From the IMG/VR virus record IMGVR_UViG_3300002460_000002, positions 1 through 64,000 of that record: a stretch of DNA of 64,000 bases; one strand, 5' to 3'. Source of the DNA: an uncultured virus (IMG/VR IMGVR_UViG_3300002460_000002). Taxonomy: Duplodnaviria > Heunggongvirae > Uroviricota > Caudoviricetes. The position numbers were made by a program, and so were the translations under genes. Below the pieces are notes generated by a model, which was not told the DNA's origin, did no database searches, and saw nothing but the letters and a program-made list of their open reading frames with translations. Positions 8,291 through 16,144 of this stretch are shown one piece after another (positions within the stretch are counted from its first letter, which is position 1; every line of letters starts with the position of its first letter).

Positions 8291-9289
8291 TTACCGGCGT
8301 CGGCGACGCTTGCGCTTGTAGATGAAAAAGGCACCGGTGCCGGCGATGACCGCAAGACCTGTAAGCAATGCGCCGGTTTTGAAATTGGACTGTCCTGCGA
8401 CCGCTCCGTACATCTCTTCCGAATACTCGGCTTGCGGCTCGAACTGTGGTACGGCTTCAGGAACGTAAGAAGCAGCGGCTGGCGGAATATAAGCCGAAGC
8501 CTCTGGAGGAACGTAAGCTGAAGCGGCTTGCTGCGCGTATTGTGCCGCCGACGGAACCGGTGCACCCGGTTGGTAGCCAGGCACGTTACTGGCCGCGTAC
8601 GCCTGTACGGTCTGAGATGCGATCTCCCCAGCCGCCCCCGCCTTCTTAAGAACGTTGTTCAAGAGAAGCGTCAGCGGTGGAAGTGAAGCCGCGATCAAAC
8701 TCATCGTTGCCGGATCCACGCCAAGATTCGTCGACATTCCAAGACCGTTCACACAAAACGGCGTGTCCGCCCCGGCGAAGAGCGCCAACAGATAACCCTG
8801 TGGACCTCCGCTCTTGAGCTTTGCTTTTGTCCAGCCTGCGGCTTCGTTGTTTTCGGCGGCGGTCGGAACGTTCGACTTTCGCCGCAACTGAGCCAGCTTG
8901 AGCGCGCGCCCCTTCTTCAACGAAGTGACGCGATTCCTGAGCGGCGAAACCAGCTTGTTGAAGACGGCCGCCGAAACAGCCACGATCGGTTTGGTGACGA
9001 CCTTTGCAACGGTCTTCGCACCGGAAGCGACCTTTTGCAACGCGCTCTTCTCCGGCATGTGGCAGATCCACTTGCGTTGAGCCGGATTCCAATACTGTGT
9101 CTTCGGAGACTTGCACTGCGCCGATGGCGGACAGTAATAGGAGCCGTACTGCGGAAAAGGGGCTCTCCCGTCCGGGCAACGTGTCCCAGGCGGGGGAGCA
9201 CGTTTCGCCGCTTGAGCCGCCAGATCTCGTTCAAATCGAGTGGGTGGCGCAACACCGAACCCGTTGATCGAAACTAGCCCCGTGTCCAC
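8291..9289 (-). CDS. Membrane-anchored protein with C-terminal TM and poly-basic tail
   Basis: Likely GTG start 9289 (TTGACC-17-CATGAT-7-GTG). Cys-rich N-part, Ala/Pro repeats, ends ALLTGLAVIAGTGAFFIYKRKRRRRR. Confidence 0.65.
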   Translation of the reverse strand: MDTGLVSINGFGVAPPTRFERDLAAQAAKRAPPPGTRCPDGRAPFPQYGSYYCPPSAQCKSPKTQYWNPAQRKWICHMPEKSALQKVASGAKTVAKVVTKPIVAVSAAVFNKLVSPLRNRVTSLKKGRALKLAQLRRKSNVPTAAENNEAAGWTKAKLKSGGPQGYLLALFAGADTPFCVNGLGMSTNLGVDPATMSLIAASLPPLTLLLNNVLKKAGAAGEIASQTVQAYAASNVPGYQPGAPVPSAAQYAQQAASAYVPPEASAYIPPAAASYVPEAVPQFEPQAEYSEEMYGAVAGQSNFKTGALLTGLAVIAGTGAFFIYKRKRRRRR

Positions 9290-9368
9290 GGGCTTCATCA
9301 TGCCGAATCGCGGCGTCTGGGTCAACCGACCTTGACGGATCGGGCATTTACGGCGCATTCTATCGAGG
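9290..9368. promoter_or_regulatory. Back-to-back divergent leaderless promoters
   Basis: Plus strand: TTGACG(9332)-18-CATTCT-7-ATG(9369). Minus strand: TTGACC-17-CATGAT-7-GTG(9289). Confidence 0.6.
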
Positions 9369-9881
9369 ATGTCTGCGCCGCAACTCCGCGCCCACACCGT
9401 CTACACGCTGGAAGATCGCGTGAAGATTCTGCGGCGGTTGGTCTGGGCACCGGAAGGTGGACTGAGAGACCCGCTCATGCGCCGGCTCGGGCTCGCGGTC
9501 ACTCAAGGCGTGAAAGCTCGCGACGACATGGGTGAACTCGGCGCGATCTTCGATGCCGTCGTGAAAAATGTCCGCTACACCGGAGACATCGCAAGCAAAG
9601 ACACGTTCCAGACCGCGCTTCGGACGCTACAGTTCGGTGGAGGTGACTGTGATGATCATGCGACGCTTTGCGTCACTCTCGCGATGGAAAACGGATTTGA
9701 GAGTAAGTTCCGGATCACATCTAACACCGGCAACAGCTGGGACCACATCTACGCGATGTGTGGTGTTCCAAAACACAAGCCCTCTCGCTGGGTCGCGCTC
9801 GACACCACACTAGGTATCGGCAAGTTTGGACGCCAACCCCCGATGGCGAAATATCGTGACTTCGCAGTAGGTAGCGGATGA
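9369..9881 (+). CDS. Transglutaminase-like cysteine protease
   Basis: GGGDCDDHA (Cys), WDHIY (His), WVALDTT (Asp) triad pattern. Confidence 0.8.
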   Translation: MSAPQLRAHTVYTLEDRVKILRRLVWAPEGGLRDPLMRRLGLAVTQGVKARDDMGELGAIFDAVVKNVRYTGDIASKDTFQTALRTLQFGGGDCDDHATLCVTLAMENGFESKFRITSNTGNSWDHIYAMCGVPKHKPSRWVALDTTLGIGKFGRQPPMAKYRDFAVGSG

Positions 9882-10075
9882 ACTCAAACACTCGACGACT
9901 CATCCTCCCTACCGGAGACTTCTTCGATCTACCGATGCCCCGCGACGGCGGCCGGTTCGTGCAGAAGCCTCAACTTCTCGGCGCCGTCGTCGCTACCGAC
10001 ATCATCATCCCCGTGGCGATCGGTCTCGCCATCGGCGGCATCGCAGCCTTCGCTCTCTACAAGGCTTTCAAGTGA
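9878..10075 (+). CDS. Small single-TM protein
   Basis: C-terminal hydrophobic segment IIIPVAIGLAIGGIAAFALYK. Confidence 0.6.
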   Translation: MNSNTRRLILPTGDFFDLPMPRDGGRFVQKPQLLGAVVATDIIIPVAIGLAIGGIAAFALYKAFK

Positions 10076-10230
10076 CCTTTCCCGCGTTCTGGCAGTTGTT
10101 CACGAAGGTTGTCGGGCGTCTGATTAACGAGAAGGCGCACACCGAAGTCACCATCACCCTGCGCGACGGCCAGATCCAACTCGTGCGGATCAACCGCACG
10201 TACTCTCCGGAAAACCTGCCGAACGTGTAG
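10072..10230 (+). CDS. 52-aa small protein (not in ORF track), weak DUF2292-like look
   Basis: GTG overlaps the previous stop; MTFPAFWQLFTKVVGRLINEKAHTEVTITLRDGQIQLVRINRTYSPENLPNV. Confidence 0.5.
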   Translation: MTFPAFWQLFTKVVGRLINEKAHTEVTITLRDGQIQLVRINRTYSPENLPNV

Positions 10231-10233
10231 TCG

Positions 10234-10263
10234 TTGACGGAAGCGCCCCGCCCGGGGTACTCT
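10234..10263 (+). promoter_or_regulatory. Sigma70-like promoter
   Basis: TTGACG-18-TACTCT. Confidence 0.55.
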
Positions 10264-10304
10264 GTCTCTGTCCTCGGTCGAAACCAATCCCAGGAGAATT
10301 CACG

Positions 10305-10490
10305 ATGCCATCCAAAAGAGGCGGCGGAAGCGCCCCACAGCATTGCAAGACTGCGGTCAAGAGCTGCTTGAAGTCGGGCCCGGCGTTGAGCGCGTCGACC
10401 GGCCGCACCTGCTTCAAGGCGTTTAACCGCTGCCGCTCCTCGGGCCGCAAGCGGAAATCAACCAGCCGTCGCCGCAAGAGCCGCCGGTAA
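10305..10490 (+). CDS. Small Cys/Arg-rich protamine-like protein
   Basis: AGGAG RBS; four Cys; ends SSGRKRKSTSRRRKSRR. Confidence 0.7.
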   Translation: MPSKRGGGSAPQHCKTAVKSCLKSGPALSASTGRTCFKAFNRCRSSGRKRKSTSRRRKSRR

Positions 10491-10496
10491 CATCCC

Positions 10497-12167
10497 TTGA
10501 TGATGTCACCGTTCGGGTACCAACGGCTCGGGTATCCCGGCATGGGATACCAGCAACTGGGCGCGAGCAGCCCAGCCGAAGCGGCCCTTCAACGGGCTGT
10601 CGTCGCCCTCGGCATGCTCACGAACGACGGCCGTCTGGCCCTGAAAGTTGACGGCATCGTCGGTCCGGGAACGGCCGCGGCCGTCAACCGGGCGCTGTCG
10701 GTCTACGCAACCACGGCCCCGGCAGCCGCGCGCACCGGCAAGCTCACGGTCGCGACGATCAAGGCCCAGGTCGCCGCCCTGACGAACCTGATCGCGACCG
10801 AAGCCAACCGACGCCAGGCCGGCAAAGCCCCGGTGGCGAAAACCCCTGCCGCCGCAGCCCCGACCGCGAGCAAGGCCGCTGTCGCGACTCTTCAACGCGC
10901 GGTTGCCACGCTCGGTGCCCAGCGCAACGACGCAACCCTCAAGATCGCGACCGACGGTCTCATCGGACCAAAAACAGTCGCGGCCACCAACCGCGCTCTG
11001 ACTCGCTACGTTTCAAGTGCACCGGCCAACATGCGCACGGGATCGCTCAACACCGCCCAGGTGCAGAGCAACGCCGCGATGATTGCCACCTACGTCGAGC
11101 GTGAGATCGCCGCGTTCAAGGCGAAGCCGGCCACGACACCAAAGGCTGCCCCGGCAATCTCCAAGACCGCTGGACTCGCGCTGCAGAATGCCCTTCGCTC
11201 GCTCGGAAACGCAACCAAGGACGCGGTTCTGAAGATCGCCGCGGACGGGATCGTCGGCCCTCGTACCCTCACCGCCGTCAACCGTGCGCTGACTGCCTAT
11301 CTGGGCAAGGCGCAGACGGACATGAACGGCATCAAGGCCAACATCGCCGCCCTCACATCGATGATCTCGTCCGAAGCCACGAAACGTGGATCCACTGCAC
11401 CGGTGGCGGCGACCCCTGGTGCGAAAGCCGCTGTTCCCGGCGGCGTCGCCAACCTCACCGTCGCGCGCATGCAGCGGGCGCTGATCGATCTCGGTGCCCT
11501 GGTCGGTGACTCTGTCCTGCGGATCGCATCGGACGGCATCGTCGGCCCGAAGACGACCGCGGCCATCAACAAGGCAATCTCGTCCTACATCCCGAACGCG
11601 CCTGCCGGGCTCAAGCAGAAGCTCTCCGCCGGCCAGGTCTCGGCCATGGCGGACGTCATCGCGTCCCAGGTCGAAGCCGCGGTCGCAGCGAAACGCGCGG
11701 TCGCTGCTCGAGAAGAAGCAAAGGGCAACGGCCCGGGGCCAACAGCAACACCGGAAGAGGCCCAGGCCCCGGTGCCGGACATCGGTCCCGCACCACGTAT
11801 CCAAGAGCCCGCGTACACCGCGCCGACACCGGCTGCGGTTCCATCTGAACCTTCCTACACACCGTCGCCGTCCGAAGCCGCTTACGCACGGCAGACGCAA
11901 CAGGCGCCGGCTCCCACATACGCTCCTTCATCTTCAACACCTGACTACTCAGCGATGTTGCCACCGTCCGCTGTACCTGGCGGAGGTCAAGAAATCGCAC
12001 CGACCCCGGGCGCCGATGTGCCCGCACCGGCCGAAAAGAAGAAATTCCCCTGGATGTGGGTTGGCGTCGGTGCCGGTGTGGCCGTTCTCGGCGGCATCGC
12101 CATCATCGCTTTCTCCAAAAAGCGAAGGCGCACGGCTCGACGTCGCCTGGTTCCGGCGCACGCCTAG
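10497..12167 (+). CDS. Membrane-anchored protein with four peptidoglycan-binding-like repeats
   Basis: Four LQ.A...LG...L.I..DG(I/L)(V/I)GP.T..A(V/I)N repeats, Pro-rich stalk, C-terminal TM, basic tail KKRRRTARRR. Confidence 0.7.
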   Translation: MMMSPFGYQRLGYPGMGYQQLGASSPAEAALQRAVVALGMLTNDGRLALKVDGIVGPGTAAAVNRALSVYATTAPAAARTGKLTVATIKAQVAALTNLIATEANRRQAGKAPVAKTPAAAAPTASKAAVATLQRAVATLGAQRNDATLKIATDGLIGPKTVAATNRALTRYVSSAPANMRTGSLNTAQVQSNAAMIATYVEREIAAFKAKPATTPKAAPAISKTAGLALQNALRSLGNATKDAVLKIAADGIVGPRTLTAVNRALTAYLGKAQTDMNGIKANIAALTSMISSEATKRGSTAPVAATPGAKAAVPGGVANLTVARMQRALIDLGALVGDSVLRIASDGIVGPKTTAAINKAISSYIPNAPAGLKQKLSAGQVSAMADVIASQVEAAVAAKRAVAAREEAKGNGPGPTATPEEAQAPVPDIGPAPRIQEPAYTAPTPAAVPSEPSYTPSPSEAAYARQTQQAPAPTYAPSSSTPDYSAMLPPSAVPGGGQEIAPTPGADVPAPAEKKKFPWMWVGVGAGVAVLGGIAIIAFSKKRRRTARRRLVPAHA

Positions 12168-12180
12168 AGCGTCCCGGTGT

Positions 12181-12581
12181 CAACCTGTTGAGCAAGGTTT
12201 TCTGCCTGCTACGCGTGCTTCTTCGACGACGCGAAGAGCCCCTGGTCTCAACTTCCAACCTGTTGAGCAAGGTTTTCTGCCACACCGATTGCTTGCACCC
12301 CTGAATTCCATCAAGGAACGGTCTCAACTTCCAACCTGTTGAGCAAGGTTTTCTGCAAAAGCTCACTCTCAAACAGGGTTCCAGGGATCGCCGTCTCAAC
12401 TTCCAACCTGTTGAGCAAGGTTTTCTGCAACACCCAGTCAAGCCCCCATCGAGCCTCGTCGAGCAGGCGAGTCTCAACTTCCAACCTGTTGAGCAAGGTT
12501 TTCTGCTCTGCGCGCGAGTTCCAGGAACGGCTGGACAAGGCGCTCGTCTCAACTTCCAACCTGTTGAGCAAGGTTTTCTGC
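12181..12581 (-). CRISPR. CRISPR mini-array: 5 full 36-bp repeats, 1 degenerate terminal repeat, 5 spacers (39, 40, 36, 42, 39 bp); no cas genes seen
   Basis: Repeat GTCTCAACTTCCAACCTGTTGAGCAAGGTTTTCTGC at 12245, 12321, 12393, 12471 and 12546; only its last 25 bp at 12181. Minus-strand form ends in GTTGAGAC and has an AACCT/AGGTT hairpin. Confidence 0.97.
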
Positions 12582-12746
12582 TGCCCCATTGATTTATGCC
12601 ACAATTTCACGTCTTTGACTCCGGTCTTTCGAGCGCCTGTCTTTCATGACCGTTACTTCTCTCCTCGTTCATCCAAAACCGCCGCAACATCTTGAAATCA
12701 CTTATGCGAGCGCCTCCCGGGCTTTCGACACCACCGAACCGCTCGC
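12582..12746 (-). promoter_or_regulatory. CRISPR leader
   Basis: Non-coding, AT-richer, on the side opposite the degenerate repeat. Direct repeat CGAGCGCCT (12630, 12707) and inverted pair GCGAGCG(12706)/CGCTCGC(12740). Confidence 0.7.
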
Positions 12747-13546
12747 TAGAGCACCCCGGTAAACGCGCCGAACTTGGCGCCTTCCGGCAACTGCTTCAAG
12801 AACGTAGATCGTGACGTGGCTTGGGCCGCGGCCTTGGCAGCTCTCGGCGAAAGCAACAGGACGTCCCCAAACTCAGGAACCTGGTGCACCGGCAGGACCC
12901 ACATCGCGTGAGGCAGGTTCGGCTCATGCGGGAGCTTCAAGTCAGGCGCAAAAGAGATGAACTCGAGATCATCGTCGAGAACGACGGTACGGATGAAATC
13001 GAACGAAAGTTTTTTCTCTTCGTCAACTACAAGGATCTTGAGAGAAGCCGCAACCGAATCAGCGTCGTCATCCCGCTTCGACTCCACTACCTCCCCGAAG
13101 GTACAACGAGCGAAAAACCGCGCAGGCGCCTGAAAATTGATCTCCCGCAGCGGGATCCGGTGCTCCCACTCCTCGCGGATCTCTCGTCGAATGGCTTGAA
13201 GACGTGCCTGGCGGCCGGCCGCTACTTTGGAGTCGTCGAAGCGCCGGACCGCAGTACAAGCACACGCAAGCTCATACCAGTGCAGCGCGCTATCGAGATC
13301 TCCTGTATCTTGACAGATGTCCCCGAGAAGACAGAGTGCGTCGACGGAGGGACCGTCGTTCAGAGCGCGAATGGCCCAAACCTCGGCCAGCTCAAACTCT
13401 CCACGCGCGACTGCATCTCTTGAAAGTCGAACCGCTTGATGCTGCCGCTCGTCTGAGAAGACCATCCGAGGCCCGATGATCTTCCGAAACTCCATCGTCT
13501 TTTCTTCGTCTCCGAGTGCAGCCTTGTACGTGTCGTAATCCATCAC
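12746..13546 (-). CDS. TPR-like repeat protein
   Basis: AEVWAIRALNDGPSVDALCLLGDI...ALHWYELAC module shared with neighbouring genes. Confidence 0.65.
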   Translation of the reverse strand: MMDYDTYKAALGDEEKTMEFRKIIGPRMVFSDERQHQAVRLSRDAVARGEFELAEVWAIRALNDGPSVDALCLLGDICQDTGDLDSALHWYELACACTAVRRFDDSKVAAGRQARLQAIRREIREEWEHRIPLREINFQAPARFFARCTFGEVVESKRDDDADSVAASLKILVVDEEKKLSFDFIRTVVLDDDLEFISFAPDLKLPHEPNLPHAMWVLPVHQVPEFGDVLLLSPRAAKAAAQATSRSTFLKQLPEGAKFGAFTGVL

Positions 13547-14493
13547 TTGCTCCTCATCCTGTCTCGCTCGGGTGCGAACTCAACCGCCTTTGCCCATGTC
13601 TCGGCGGCGGTTGAATCCCCCCGAAGTTTCGCCAACTCCGTGAGCAGCGCGAACGCATCCGGGTGTGGGCCATCAAACAACGCCCGCACCGCCCACATCT
13701 CCGCCGCTAAGATCTCCCCCTCTTCCCCGTACCGCTGTCCGACAGCGACACACAACGTGGCGCGACTGTCCGAAAACTCTCCGTGTGCTAGCTGGGACGC
13801 CAGATACTTTTCCGCCCACTTCGCGCCTTGACCGAGGTTTCCAAGAAACGTGTCGTGCTTTGCTAGGTGGTAGATGGCGTTCTGATCACCTTCTTCCGCC
13901 AACGGCCGCAACAACTCCATACCAGCGTTGCGCTGCTCGTTCCGACGCTGGTTGTCTTCTGTCGATCGCAAAGACGTGTCCTGAATGACCTTCGCCTCGA
14001 TCGGAAAATCCGGTCTCGCGCCCGGCAACTGATTATGCGTTGGAGACCGCCAACGCAAGTGCGCTCGGGCAAAGCGCGTCGGGTCACGAAACTCGAAATT
14101 CGCTGTCGCTCGCCACACCGAAAACGAATTGTACGGCGTGAACATGTAGCGGCCAGCTAACGCACGAAGATCGACCCGGCACTCCAGGTACTCGTCAGAA
14201 TCGAAGTGCATGATCCAAGGGGATCTGACGCGGGCCCATCCAAGATTCCTCGCGTTCGCGAAGTGAATCAGCCCGGCCTGCCACTGCTCCGCAGAAAGAC
14301 CAACATCCGCGTGTCCAAACGTCCACACCGACGATGTGAACTTTTCCGCGACCTTCCGTGTGTCTGGGTCCGTTGTACGGTCATCGATGCCGATGTCGAT
14401 CTCATCTACGTGCACCTTGGCCGACTCCAACGCACGTTCCAGACTTCGGGCGTCGTTCCGGACGATCATGCACAAGGCAATGAGCGGTTTCAT
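13543..14493 (-). CDS. GT2 glycosyltransferase with C-terminal TPR
   Basis: IALCMIVRND, HFANARN, WIMHFDSDE, THNQ. Confidence 0.85.
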   Translation of the reverse strand: MKPLIALCMIVRNDARSLERALESAKVHVDEIDIGIDDRTTDPDTRKVAEKFTSSVWTFGHADVGLSAEQWQAGLIHFANARNLGWARVRSPWIMHFDSDEYLECRVDLRALAGRYMFTPYNSFSVWRATANFEFRDPTRFARAHLRWRSPTHNQLPGARPDFPIEAKVIQDTSLRSTEDNQRRNEQRNAGMELLRPLAEEGDQNAIYHLAKHDTFLGNLGQGAKWAEKYLASQLAHGEFSDSRATLCVAVGQRYGEEGEILAAEMWAVRALFDGPHPDAFALLTELAKLRGDSTAAETWAKAVEFAPERDRMRSK

Positions 14494-15482
14494 CGTCGCA
14501 ACTCGTCTCGGCGCAAGAACCGTTTGGTGACCAACTCAGGAATACCAAACTCCTCCGACGGTAGCGTGATGCACGCGATCTCGTGCCACGCCAGCGCGTC
14601 TTTTTTTCGTCCGCGCAGGTCCGCGATGTCACCGAGCAAATAGAACGCTTCAAGACTCGGACCGTCCATCAGCGCCTTGACCGCCCACGTCTCGGCTGTC
14701 GCATAGTCCTTCTTGTCGAAGAAACCGCAAGCAACGAGGATCGCGAGTTGTCTACGCTCCTTCGCTGCAAGGCCGTGCACCTCTGTAGACAATCGAAACT
14801 CGTTCACCAAAGCGACGTGATCTTCGGATCCGGCATGCGTGGCGTGTTTCGCGACGTGGTACAGGGCGGCCAGATCTCCGGCCTTTGCATCGACTTTCAG
14901 ATCTTCGTTGGCGGCATCACGCTGTTTTCGACGACGCTCTTGCTCTGCTTTAGATCGGAGATCGAGTTGCTGAAAGACGTGGGCTCCCTGGTAGACGGTG
15001 TATTGCCATTTTTCCGGAATCACGAGTTGATTGTGGGTATGTGCCCTCCAACAGAACTCAGACCTAGCGATGCGGTGGTGATCGAGCGTGATACTGTCTC
15101 CCAGGTGCACGGGAAGAGCAATGGCACCAACGATGTCCGGCAGGCTCTTAACAAACGCGCGCAGATCGACAACGCACTCGAGAAACTCGTCCGAGTCGAT
15201 GACAAGGGTCCACGGCGTCTTCACCCGAGCGCGGCCGAGATTACGAGCCGCAGCGAAATTGATCTTGTCAACGGCCCAGGCTTCGTCTGAGAGCCCGATG
15301 TCTCCCTTCTCAAAGCCCCAAACTTCATCCGCCAATTGACCGGCCATGATGACGGTCTCTGCGTCCGACCGGCCGTCAACACCGACGATCACTCGATCGA
15401 CGTGAGGGCGGGCGCTCTTGATCGCGCGCTCCAGGCCGGCCGCGTCCGACCGAGCAATCATGTCGAGGGTGAGAAGGTCCAA
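14490..15482 (-). CDS. GT2 glycosyltransferase with C-terminal TPR (paralog of 13543..14493)
   Basis: LDMIARSD, NFAAARN, WTLVIDSDE, THNQ. Confidence 0.85.
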   Translation of the reverse strand: MDLLTLDMIARSDAAGLERAIKSARPHVDRVIVGVDGRSDAETVIMAGQLADEVWGFEKGDIGLSDEAWAVDKINFAAARNLGRARVKTPWTLVIDSDEFLECVVDLRAFVKSLPDIVGAIALPVHLGDSITLDHHRIARSEFCWRAHTHNQLVIPEKWQYTVYQGAHVFQQLDLRSKAEQERRRKQRDAANEDLKVDAKAGDLAALYHVAKHATHAGSEDHVALVNEFRLSTEVHGLAAKERRQLAILVACGFFDKKDYATAETWAVKALMDGPSLEAFYLLGDIADLRGRKKDALAWHEIACITLPSEEFGIPELVTKRFLRRDELRR

Positions 15483-15483
15483 A

Positions 15484-15519
15484 GCAAAAAGGCCCGAGGT
15501 ATTAATACCCCGAGCCTTT
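15484..15519 (-). terminator. Intrinsic terminator
   Basis: Minus strand AAAGGCTCGGGGTATTAATACCTCGGGCCTTTTT. Confidence 0.75.
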
Positions 15520-15552
15520 CTACTTTGCTAGCAAAATAGCTAGCCCGAAGTC

Positions 15553-16050
15553 CTACGCGTCATAGCTGTGCACGCGCCGGGCGTACACCATGACCCGCGC
15601 GGTGGCCGCGGCCGAGCCGCGCTTGGTCGCACGCGCCGCGAAGTGCCGCGTGAGGATCGGCGTCGCACCGTCAGTGTCCAGCGTCGCGGCCGCACCGGTG
15701 ATCGGATTGTTCGTCTTGATCAGCGACGTCTGCAGAATGGTCGCTGCTGCGGCCGCCGTGGTGGCGGTCACGAAGTCGAGCGCGATCCGCAACGAAGCGG
15801 TGCTGGTCGCAACCGCGCCAGTGGCCGCGATCAGACGCTCCCAAAGGGCAACGTCGTTCAACTGCTTCCGCCAGCCGGGCGAACCGACCGTCAACGGCGC
15901 CAGATCCTGGAGCACGTTGCCGAACATGTCACCGGTGTAGCTTCCGGTTGACCGAAACTGGGTCAACGGAAAAACCCGGATCGGGTTCAACGAGGCGTTG
16001 ATGAAGTCGGCGTAGAAACAGAGCTTCTTGCGTTGCACAGCGCTGGCCAT
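15553..16050 (-). CDS. Ala/Thr-rich hypothetical protein, possibly structural
   Basis: Strong AAGGAG RBS, upstream TTGACG, own terminator, strongly biased codons. Confidence 0.65.
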   Translation of the reverse strand: MASAVQRKKLCFYADFINASLNPIRVFPLTQFRSTGSYTGDMFGNVLQDLAPLTVGSPGWRKQLNDVALWERLIAATGAVATSTASLRIALDFVTATTAAAAATILQTSLIKTNNPITGAAATLDTDGATPILTRHFAARATKRGSAAATARVMVYARRVHSYDA

Positions 16051-16144
16051 GATGATCTCCTTGAGGATTCCCGACCACGGTTACGGGTACTCCCCGGAGC
16101 CGTCAAGTCGTCCCCGCAACTAGACCACACCTCTGCCCGCTGTG

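Noticed and set aside
12206..12545. Self-targeting by spacers
   Set aside because: By eye I found only a short partial match (spacer 5 versus about 25156-25171), compatible with chance. A proper alignment was not possible.
12056..12695. ORFs with repeated peptides (QKTLLNRLEVET, STSNLLSKVFC)
   Set aside because: They are translations of the CRISPR repeats, not repeat proteins.
12746..13546. Possible compact Cas effector next to the array
   Set aside because: No RuvC, HNH, HEPN or RAMP motifs; it carries the same TPR module as the glycosyltransferases.
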